5,244 bases of DNA from a virus (taxonomy: Duplodnaviria > Heunggongvirae > Uroviricota > Caudoviricetes). The notes under the pieces are model-generated. The model was not told the origin of the DNA. It ran no database searches and saw only the letters and a list, made by a program, of their open reading frames with translations. Positions 1 to 5,016 of the stretch are shown in pieces. A program made the translations under genes and the position numbers. The stretch is taken from IMG/VR virus record IMGVR_UViG_2703718777_000003, positions 1 through 5,244 of that record; one strand, written 5' to 3'. Position 1 is the first letter of the stretch; every line of letters starts with the position of its first letter.

Positions 1-144
1 CAGTACCAGCACCTGAATCCGCGATTATCCCATATACCTACTCGCTGATTGCCCCTCCGCACAGGGGGATTCACCATGCCAGTTTCTTTTAACAAACTCC
101 CCGCAAACCAGACAACAGTCAACCGCCTGAATTGTGAGACATTT

Positions 145-170
145 AAAAAAAAGGCCCGCAAAAGCGAGCC
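145..170 (-). terminator. Intrinsic terminator immediately downstream of the tRNA-like gene
   Basis: On the minus-strand RNA: 7-bp GC-rich stem (GGCUCGC/GCGGGCC, one G-U pair) with UUUU loop (plus 153-170), followed by an 8-U run (plus 145-152 is AAAAAAAA). On the plus strand the stem has a C-A mismatch and no T-run, so it is minus-specific. Confidence 0.6.
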
Positions 171-184
171 AGGGAAAATAAGTG

Positions 185-260
185 TGGCGCGTTGTACTGG
201 ATTCGAACCAGCGACCTGGCGATTATGCGTCGCTCGCTCTCACCACTGAGCTAAAGGGCC
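185..260 (-). tRNA. tRNA-Ile2/Met-like (anticodon CAU) gene, possibly a pseudogene: cloverleaf body intact, acceptor 3' strand non-complementary
   Basis: Reverse complement of 185-260 reads GGCCCTT-TA-GCTC-AGTGGTGA-GAGC-G-AGCGA-CGCATAA-TCGCC-AGGTC-GCTGG-TTCGAAT-CCAGT-ACAACGC-G-CCA. D-arm, anticodon arm and T-arm (GGTTCGAATCC) are canonical and the 5' two-thirds resembles E. coli ileX as I remember it. But the 5' acceptor strand GGCCCTT cannot pair with the 3' strand ACAACGC (2 of 7 pairs), and position 33 is G rather than the near-universal U. Encoded CCA is present. Confidence 0.55.
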
Positions 261-269
261 GGGAGCAGA

Positions 270-298
270 ATAATAACGGTCCGTAATTAATTCCGCAA
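270..298 (-). promoter_or_regulatory. Candidate sigma70 promoter for the tRNA-like gene
   Basis: Minus strand TTGCGG (298-293), 17-nt spacer, TATTAT (275-270); the -10 lies about 10 nt upstream of the tRNA 5' end at 260. The -35 is weak (3/6). Sequence-only prediction. Confidence 0.3.
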
Positions 299-322
299 TA
301 AAAAACCCGCTCAATGGCGGGT
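296..322 (-). terminator. Intrinsic terminator downstream of the ORF6N gene
   Basis: Minus-strand hairpin ACCCGC-CATTGA-GCGGGT (plus 305-322) followed by TTTTTTATT (plus 296-304). The plus strand lacks a T-run after the stem. Confidence 0.6.
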
Positions 323-418
323 TCTGGTAAAGTTCATGCGCTTGGTTCGCCTCGCGATACAGCTTTGCGAAGCATACAGGAATTGAAGCAGTTTATGTGC
401 AAAAATGCAAGAACTTTT

Positions 419-1000
419 TTAAAGCTGCATCAACCTTTCCACCAGTTTATCTCTGCGAACAACAAACCAACCATTGGCTCTCGCCAGTTCCAGCCATGAC
501 TCAAGGGAAATAACAATATCATCATCCCGTAACTGAATTGTGGAAACAGTGACACCGCCTCTCTGATAACAGAGAACTCGCGTGTCGTAACTTTTCTGGC
601 ATGAAACTGGCGCTGACGGATCCTTTTGTCTGAAATAGCAGTCTTCCAGCTTTTCGAACACATCCCACGCCTGATCGGTTTCCAGCATTTTGGCATGACG
701 GGCTGCTCCGCGTTCTGTCCAGAGGATGAGGGAGCGGGCTTTCGGGGAAATTTGTAACCCTCTTAAAGATGGTTGCAAATTTTGTGAGTAGTTTAAAGCT
801 ACCCGCAAATTTTTCAGGGCATCGCCAGCCACTTTGAAAAAATGCTTTCCTTCAATAAAGCGCTCAGCATTTCTGGCGTAGTTATTTTGAATGTTCTTAA
901 CTCCAGCACCGTACAACTGCGCCAAAAGTTCGGTGGTAATAACAGGAATCTGGTTATGGGTGATCGGGGAGAGAGTTTCAACAGAAATTTGAGTTGTCAT
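419..1000 (-). CDS. ORF6N-domain protein (phage antirepressor-like, DNA-binding N-terminal domain; C-terminal about 90 aa unassigned)
   Basis: 193-aa ORF with ATG at 1000-998 and SD GAGGG 7 nt upstream (AGAGGGCGTCATT-ATG); stop TAA at 421-419. The N-terminal region (ITTELLAQLYGAGVKNIQNNYARNAERFIEGKHFFKV ... ISPKARSLILWTERGAARHAKMLETDQAWDVFEKL) fits the ORF6N pattern (L-YG...N..RN..RF.EG..FF ... tErGa) from memory, not from a search. Confidence 0.8.
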   Translation of the reverse strand: MTTQISVETLSPITHNQIPVITTELLAQLYGAGVKNIQNNYARNAERFIEGKHFFKVAGDALKNLRVALNYSQNLQPSLRGLQISPKARSLILWTERGAARHAKMLETDQAWDVFEKLEDCYFRQKDPSAPVSCQKSYDTRVLCYQRGGVTVSTIQLRDDDIVISLESWLELARANGWFVVRRDKLVERLMQL

Positions 1001-1011
1001 AATGACGCCCT

Positions 1012-1116
1012 CTGGTGGTTTCTAAACCATCACCACCGTCAGGTTCCTAATCATCGGGTGGTGAGACGTACAGGGTTAGGAACTACCGGGAAACCAACCG
1101 GCGAGCTTTTCAGCTC
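1012..1116 (-). repeat. Repeat-rich structured leader: nested inverted repeats with pseudoknot-type topology plus a GAAA-tetraloop hairpin
   Basis: Plus-strand arms: TCACCACC 1030-1037 with GGTGGTGA 1057-1064; GTTCCTAA 1043-1050 with TTAGGAAC 1076-1083 (interleaved S1a-S2a-S1b-S2b); GGTGGTTT 1014-1021 with AAACCATCACC 1025-1035 abutting the SD; GAGCT-TTTC-AGCTC 1103-1116 (GAAA loop on the minus RNA). Confidence 0.5.
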
Positions 1117-1160
1117 CCCCATACGCCCCACCATAATTCAGATGTGCGCGTGCATACGAC

Positions 1161-1186
1161 AATAAAAAACACGCTCGCGGCGTGTG
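1161..1186 (-). terminator. tR'-like intrinsic terminator downstream of the Q-adjacent promoter
   Basis: Minus-strand RNA has a 6-bp GC-rich stem (ACACGC/GCGTGT, plus 1169-1185) with a 5-nt loop, followed by UUUUUUAUU (plus 1161-1169). It lies about 80 nt downstream of the predicted start site. Confidence 0.55.
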
Positions 1187-1247
1187 TCTGTCGCGGTCTC
1201 TATCCGGGGTTCCTAATCCCGACGCCAGATTTTGCTGGCGCGTGAGG

Positions 1248-1277
1248 AATATAGCCCCGGATAACAGATTGAGTCAA
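1248..1277 (-). promoter_or_regulatory. pR'-like late promoter; the -35 overlaps the Q stop codon
   Basis: Minus strand TTGACT (1277-1272), the same -35 hexamer I recall for lambda pR', then a 17-nt spacer to CTATAT or 18-nt to TATATT (1254-1248). The Q TGA stop (1276-1274) lies inside the -35. A short GC hairpin (CGCCAG/CTGGCG, 1222-1241) sits in the initial transcribed region. Confidence 0.5.
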
Positions 1278-1828
1278 CAGACAGTTTTTAAATACCCGGA
1301 AGAGAATGCATCACGCATCGGCAGATAGAGCATATATTCAGCAAGATTTAGCCATACATCTACCCGACTGCAGCACGTCCGAAAACACCACTCAGGGTGT
1401 GCATCATTTAGCAATTCAGCCATTTTGCGCTTACTCATCCCCCGCCCTTCATATCTTTGCCGGAGGATACAAATCAATCCTGGGTGTTCTGCCAGCACTT
1501 CACTAATCACCCGATCAATGCATAACGCCTCTGCATCAGTACAATGCACCAGCCAGCTTTTTTGCTTGCCGTTGATCATATCCCGCAAAAAAGCCTCAAG
1601 TTCAGGTTTGTCCAGACCTGCTTTTTTCATCCTCCGGAGCGCCTCATTAATTGCCGTTTTTGTTAGCTTTTTAGAGGTCAGCAACTGGTTAAACATATTT
1701 CCCGTCTTACCGCCGCCAATATACGACCAGCGCCCCCACATACGTAGTTTTCCCTGAATCCAGACACTTTCCAGCGTGGTGAGACGAAGGTGTTCTCCGC
1801 TTTTTCCTGTATTCGTTGGGTAAATCAT
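1274..1828 (-). CDS. Putative late-gene antitermination protein Q (lambdoid Q-like, 184 aa)
   Basis: ATG at 1828-1826 preceded by a strong SD (GGAGAAAGGAGGGATATTT-ATG). The start overlaps the upstream gene's stop as ATGA. The protein has a WGRW segment and C-terminal Cys cluster (EWCFRTCCSR) resembling Q21-type antiterminators from memory. Position after the DUF1364-like gene and directly before a promoter/terminator pair is the classic Q context. Confidence 0.65.
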   Translation of the reverse strand: MIYPTNTGKSGEHLRLTTLESVWIQGKLRMWGRWSYIGGGKTGNMFNQLLTSKKLTKTAINEALRRMKKAGLDKPELEAFLRDMINGKQKSWLVHCTDAEALCIDRVISEVLAEHPGLICILRQRYEGRGMSKRKMAELLNDAHPEWCFRTCCSRVDVWLNLAEYMLYLPMRDAFSSGYLKTVC

Positions 1829-2115
1829 AAATATCCCTCCTTTCTCCAGATTTCTTGTGTGCGAAAAACACCTTCTGCATGCATCAGGCGTAATTCTTCT
1901 TTGGTGTAATCGCCGGTTTTTACCCGCCCGTCGATTAAATCGTGGCACGAGCTACAGGCAATCGCTGCCTGCATATCGTGTGGCTTTATCGCTGTTCCGC
2001 ACGTTCCCGCCAGTCGGTAATGCGCCAGCACAGACGTTTCGGGATTGTGATTGCAGTAGCCAGGGATTCTGACCTGGCACATCTGGCCCCGCGCTGCTTT
2101 ACGTAAATCCACCAT
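1825..2115 (-). CDS. DUF1364-family protein (YbcO-like putative nuclease with Cys/His metal-binding motif)
   Basis: 96-aa ORF MVDLRKAARGQMCQVRIPGYCNHNPETSVLAHYRLAG...IACSSCHDLIDGR, closely matching my recollection of E. coli DLP12 YbcO. ATG at 2115-2113 with SD GGAG 8 nt upstream; overlaps the upstream stop (TAATG) and the downstream start (ATGA). Confidence 0.85.
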   Translation of the reverse strand: MVDLRKAARGQMCQVRIPGYCNHNPETSVLAHYRLAGTCGTAIKPHDMQAAIACSSCHDLIDGRVKTGDYTKEELRLMHAEGVFRTQEIWRKEGYL

Positions 2116-2714
2116 TACGCAAACTCCAGCAGCTGCGCGGCCACATTTTCGACTTCCTCCAAAGAGGAGAATTTACGGAACAGGATCCAGTTCCACAGCA
2201 CATTCAGTACAGATTTATAAACCTGCTGAAACTCGGTTTCGTCCATGTTCGCAAATGCGATAGATTTTGCCCTGCGCCCACGACTACCGTCCGGATAAAA
2301 ATGTTCGGTGTAAAATCCGGCCTGAATGGTTACCCATTCGCGAAAAGCGTCAAAGGACTTGAGTAAGGCCGTATCCCGGGTTCTGCAAGTCGTAACGGTG
2401 TTAAGGTATTGCTCTGCGGCATCACTCAGGGCTGGCGTATGTTCCCGACCTACTGATTCGCACAGGAAATCAACGAAACCGGACACCAGTTCTCGTTCGC
2501 GAGGCGTGATCGCCCCACCGTTCGGAGTCCAGTAATCGAATCCCAGTTGCAGGAGTTTGAAAAAACGCTTGTGGAACGCGTAGTTACGCACTCGCTTAAA
2601 GTCCGCGTGTATCCACTCACCTATTTTGATTTGATGCAAAAAATCGCAACTCTCCGGCGTCGCCGGGAGAAGTAATCCGGAAGAGGTTTGTTTGACCAGT
2701 TGTATATGCGCCAT
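2115..2714 (-). CDS. nin-region protein, probably DUF1367 family (199 aa)
   Basis: Long ORF with ATG at 2714-2712 and SD GGAG 9 nt upstream (GGAGACAGCA-ATG). The ORF-track start at 2726 is a TTG codon. Stop overlaps the next gene's start. Family name comes from the remembered DUF1367/DUF1364 pairing in lambdoid prophages, not from a search. Confidence 0.75.
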   Translation of the reverse strand: MAHIQLVKQTSSGLLLPATPESCDFLHQIKIGEWIHADFKRVRNYAFHKRFFKLLQLGFDYWTPNGGAITPRERELVSGFVDFLCESVGREHTPALSDAAEQYLNTVTTCRTRDTALLKSFDAFREWVTIQAGFYTEHFYPDGSRGRRAKSIAFANMDETEFQQVYKSVLNVLWNWILFRKFSSLEEVENVAAQLLEFA

Positions 2715-2773
2715 TGCTGTCTCCAATGGCGCTGTAGGTTGCCAGTTGTTCAGGCTGGCTTACGAATTATAAC

Positions 2774-2947
2774 TCATTCCCGAATCACCTTGAAACCGAG
2801 CCTTTCAAGATATTCAATGAATGCCTCGATAGATAAAATTACATGATTATCAGGGATTAACGTTGCGTAGATAACTTCCCCATTCTCAACGCGCACAGCA
2901 TAGAGGCCATTTTCACTAAAAATTTCACGCAATTCTTCGATTTTCAT
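2774..2947 (-). CDS. Small hypothetical protein (57 aa), not in the supplied ORF track
   Basis: Hand translation of the minus strand gives MKIEELREIFSENGLYAVRVENGEVIYATLIPDNHVILSIEAFIEYLERLGFKVIRE. ATG at 2947-2945 with SD GGAAGGA 8 nt upstream; TGA at 2776-2774. It sits about 75 nt downstream of a predicted promoter and 59 nt upstream of the DUF1367-like gene. Confidence 0.55.
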   Translation of the reverse strand: MKIEELREIFSENGLYAVRVENGEVIYATLIPDNHVILSIEAFIEYLERLGFKVIRE

Positions 2948-3028
2948 CAACAGAATCCTTCCAGATAAATAGCACTCCCCTGCTCGGGGTCCATCCCTCT
3001 TCTCCCTGCGCGCTACTTAAGTGCATCG

Positions 3029-3056
3029 ATTCTAGTCAGGCATACCCGCTTATCAA
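3029..3056 (-). promoter_or_regulatory. Candidate sigma70 promoter for the small ORF/DUF1367/DUF1364/Q operon
   Basis: Minus strand TTGATA (3056-3051), 16-nt spacer, TAGAAT (3034-3029), located just downstream of the bidirectional terminator. Sequence-only prediction. Confidence 0.4.
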
Positions 3057-3109
3057 CAAACGAAGGTCGGTTTAGTGGAGGAATCGGCTAAAACTTGATC
3101 TGTTAAAGT

Positions 3110-3136
3110 AAAAAACCCGCCGAAGCGGGTTTTTTG
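3110..3136. terminator. Bidirectional intrinsic terminator
   Basis: AAAAAACCCGC-CGAA-GCGGGTTTTTT: a perfect 6-bp stem with 4-nt loop, flanked by A6 on one side and T6 on the other, so a hairpin plus U-run is formed on either strand. Sits 5 nt after the nuclease gene stop. Confidence 0.7.
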
Positions 3137-3140
3137 TATA

Positions 3141-3626
3141 TTACATACTCTCAATGTCATTTTTTAGTGAGTGCTTGTGTAACTCCATGGAGTAATCAAC
3201 ATCACGAAGAGTTTTTTCAATCTGCTTGTTCCCAATAAAAGGTTTATCTTCAGGGTTACCCCAACAGCAATTCCCCTTGGGCCATCCATGTACTTTCCGT
3301 ACTCTTCCGTTAACAACGTGAAGTAATCCCCAGCCGGGTGGTAAATCCTCAATTGAAATAATTCCCGGCTCACTAATAAAGAATCGCCAGTCGCCCATTC
3401 CAAGAGACGGATTTTTACGAAAACGCTTTTTTCTATCTGCCAACAAGTCAGCACGAGAACATTTCGCCTCTATCAGGCATGATGCTGAATTTCTGAATCC
3501 CATAGCATCTGGCTGTTCTCCGGTACTGGTTACAGCTATAAAGCGGTCATGAAAACAAACCTTGAACCCGTTGCGCTTAAGGAACTTGTACGCAATCTGA
3601 CAGAGTTCGCGGTGTGTTAACGCCAT
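3141..3626 (-). CDS. PD-(D/E)xK nuclease-fold protein, Hjc-like (archaeal-type Holliday-junction-resolvase-like core) with a C-terminal extension of about 80 aa
   Basis: 161 aa from ATG 3626-3624 with SD AAGGAGAG (the ORF-track start at 3656 is TTG). Motif order HRELCQIAYKFLKRNGF ... QPDAMGF ... CLIEAKCS matches the E...PD...(E)xK catalytic core. Start lies 1 nt after the Ead/Ea22-like stop (TGA-T-ATG). Confidence 0.8.
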   Translation of the reverse strand: MALTHRELCQIAYKFLKRNGFKVCFHDRFIAVTSTGEQPDAMGFRNSASCLIEAKCSRADLLADRKKRFRKNPSLGMGDWRFFISEPGIISIEDLPPGWGLLHVVNGRVRKVHGWPKGNCCWGNPEDKPFIGNKQIEKTLRDVDYSMELHKHSLKNDIESM

Positions 3627-3627
3627 A

Positions 3628-4575
3628 TCACTCTCCTTTGATGCGAATGCCAGCAAGCCAGTTTCTTATGCCGATATATTCAGCGTTCCTGAAACCGCTT
3701 TTTACATATATAAATGGCAAGCGAAGATTGTGACCATTGACTGCCAGGTAGTCTTTACAACCCTGTTCGGTGAAACAGCAGGTAACGAATTCATCAATAT
3801 CTTTCACAGCAACGCGCCGCCATTTTTCTGGTGGCTCTCGAAAGTTTTCATGAAGTAGCTCGAGACGACGACTATGGCGTTTATTGGCTTCATTGCCATC
3901 TTCGTCAACCCAGACAATCCGGTCATGGTCATAATCAGCATCAACAACGATTTCGCGCTTTTGATACACACAAAACATGGGATCTGACGTTATTCGATTG
4001 TCCTGTGTTCGAATATTTTCACCGATGATGCCAAACGAATCTGGTGCAGATTTTGTCTGCATCTCTTCGATACGTTCAGCCATCGCAGCACACTCTTCAA
4101 AGTTGCTTAATGCTTTTCGCTCCCATTCGGCGCATTGTTTTTCCAGTTCTGCTATGCGCTTACTTCCATCCGCGATTACTCCCTCGTAATATTCACGCTG
4201 CTCGTTGAGTTTTGATTTTGCTGCTTCAAGCTCAACGCGCAGCTTCCCTACCGTAAGCGCAATATCCTCGTTCTCCTGGTCGCGGCGTTTGATGTATTGC
4301 TGGTTTCTTTCCCGTTCATCCAGAAGCGCCAGCGCAACATTTGGATTAAAGGCAGCAATAAATTCAGCGTTTGCATAAGCCTGAACATCTGTTTCAACCA
4401 GGCAGTTAACATGACATTCTGCAATTACGCCACCGGGTTCTCCTTTCCATTTTTGACAAACAAAAACTCCTGTTATATTCCCATGCTGATTGCCCGATGT
4501 ATGCCCTACGATGTAGCATCCTTTAGTTGCTTTCTCTGCTGCTTCACGCAGCGCCTGATAGTCAATCTCGCTCAT
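3628..4575 (-). CDS. Ead/Ea22-like family protein (conserved N-terminal domain, central coiled-coil, divergent C-terminal domain)
   Basis: 315-aa ORF. N-terminus MSEIDYQALREAAEKATKG... resembles Ead/Ea22-like prophage proteins from memory; the centre is heptad-like and charged (ELEAAKSKLNEQREYYEGVIADGSKRIAELEKQCAEWERKAL). ATG at 4575-4573 overlaps the upstream TGA as ATGA. Confidence 0.8.
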   Translation of the reverse strand: MSEIDYQALREAAEKATKGCYIVGHTSGNQHGNITGVFVCQKWKGEPGGVIAECHVNCLVETDVQAYANAEFIAAFNPNVALALLDERERNQQYIKRRDQENEDIALTVGKLRVELEAAKSKLNEQREYYEGVIADGSKRIAELEKQCAEWERKALSNFEECAAMAERIEEMQTKSAPDSFGIIGENIRTQDNRITSDPMFCVYQKREIVVDADYDHDRIVWVDEDGNEANKRHSRRLELLHENFREPPEKWRRVAVKDIDEFVTCCFTEQGCKDYLAVNGHNLRLPFIYVKSGFRNAEYIGIRNWLAGIRIKGE

Positions 4576-4748
4576 TCATCGCCCCACTCATCACAATATG
4601 CTTCGACCGCAGTTTTCCCTGCTTCATAATCATCACGCCATGCTTCAGCATCAGCGGCACTTCCACCGCGTAACTCTGCATAATCCATTAACAGTTCATG
4701 CCATTCTTCAAAACTGGCGTTATATTTAGTTGAACCAAAATCAGCCAT
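4572..4748 (-). CDS. Small hyperacidic hypothetical protein (58 aa)
   Basis: MADFGSTKYNASFEEWHELLMDYAELRGGSAADAEAWRDDYEAGKTAVEAYCDEWGDE, with ATG at 4748-4746 and a strong SD (GAGGAAGGA, 4 nt spacing). About 16 Asp/Glu against 4 Lys/Arg, and W/Y-rich. Overlaps the upstream gene's end by 8 nt and the downstream start by 4 nt. Confidence 0.7.
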   Translation of the reverse strand: MADFGSTKYNASFEEWHELLMDYAELRGGSAADAEAWRDDYEAGKTAVEAYCDEWGDE

Positions 4749-4923
4749 TTTGTCCTTCCTCTTCATCTTTTATTTCGTGGTATGAGTAATTGCAGTGGTT
4801 AAAGAAAATTTCTTTTGCTTCGTCATGAATTTCATCAGGTGTTGCGTCATCATCTACTTCGAATACATCCTCAAAATCTCCACCAGCTATTCCCGTTTCA
4901 ATAATTATTTTGAATTTTCGCAT
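4741..4923 (-). CDS. Small hyperacidic hypothetical protein (60 aa)
   Basis: MRKFKIIIETGIAGGDFEDVFEVDDDATPDEIHDEAKEIFFNHCNYSYHEIKDEEEGQNG, with ATG at 4923-4921. 18 Asp/Glu against 5 Lys/Arg. Its own SD is weak, but a short upstream ORF with a strong SD overlaps its start. Confidence 0.65.
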   Translation of the reverse strand: MRKFKIIIETGIAGGDFEDVFEVDDDATPDEIHDEAKEIFFNHCNYSYHEIKDEEEGQNG

Positions 4924-5016
4924 TTCACTACCGCCATTTCGAACGGCCTCCTGATGTTCTGAGGGTGCAGAAATCCCTCCGGTTAAGGATTAAATTTTTA
5001 ACAGTGCTAAATTTAA

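Noticed and set aside
32-142. Additional tRNA genes (argN/argO-like) or a protein gene downstream of the tRNA terminator
   Set aside because: No D-arm or T-arm consensus can be folded. The only minus-strand ORF (MVNPPVRRGNQ..., starting near 78) has no SD and runs off the window.
430-696. Minus-strand 88-aa ORF nested in the ORF6N gene (and similarly 3164-3454 nested in the nuclease gene)
   Set aside because: These are alternative frames wholly inside longer, better-supported genes.
1070-1153. 27-codon upstream ORF in the leader (MVGRMGELKSSPVGFPVVPNPVRLTTR), minus strand
   Set aside because: No SD precedes its ATG and it runs through the repeat elements. More likely a chance frame in structured RNA.
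842-1165. Plus-strand ORFs from the track (49-249, 314-499, 842-1165, 1306-1506, 1425-1757, 1857-2072, 2326-2535, 3831-4028, 3977-4189, 4297-4629)
   Set aside because: All lie antisense to minus-strand genes with better starts and SDs, or across tRNA and terminator sequence. None has a convincing SD or a product I recognise as a protein family. Treated as frame artefacts.
1042-1218. CRISPR array
   Set aside because: There are only two direct copies of an 11-bp motif plus one inverted copy, irregularly spaced, with no repeat-spacer periodicity and no cas genes.
1829-1948. Longer form of the Q-like ORF starting at 1948, as in the ORF track (224 aa)
   Set aside because: The extension overlaps the last 40 codons of the DUF1364-like gene in another frame and has no SD. 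The internal ATG at 1828-1826 has a strong GGAGG SD and the typical ATGA overlap.
2715-2726. ORF-track start of the DUF1367-like gene at 2726 (METAMAH...)
   Set aside because: The codon at 2726-2724 is TTG, not ATG. The ATG four codons downstream has a well-spaced GGAG SD.
3627-3656. ORF-track start of the nuclease gene at 3656 (MLAFASKESDM...)
   Set aside because: The codon at 3656-3654 is TTG and the stretch overlaps the Ea22-like gene's 3' end. The ATG at 3626-3624 follows an AAGGAGAG SD.
4749-4766. Upstream ATG at 4766-4764 as start of the 58-aa acidic gene (MKRKDKMADF...)
   Set aside because: That ATG lies inside the preceding gene's coding sequence, and the GAGGAAGGA SD is positioned for the ATG at 4748-4746.
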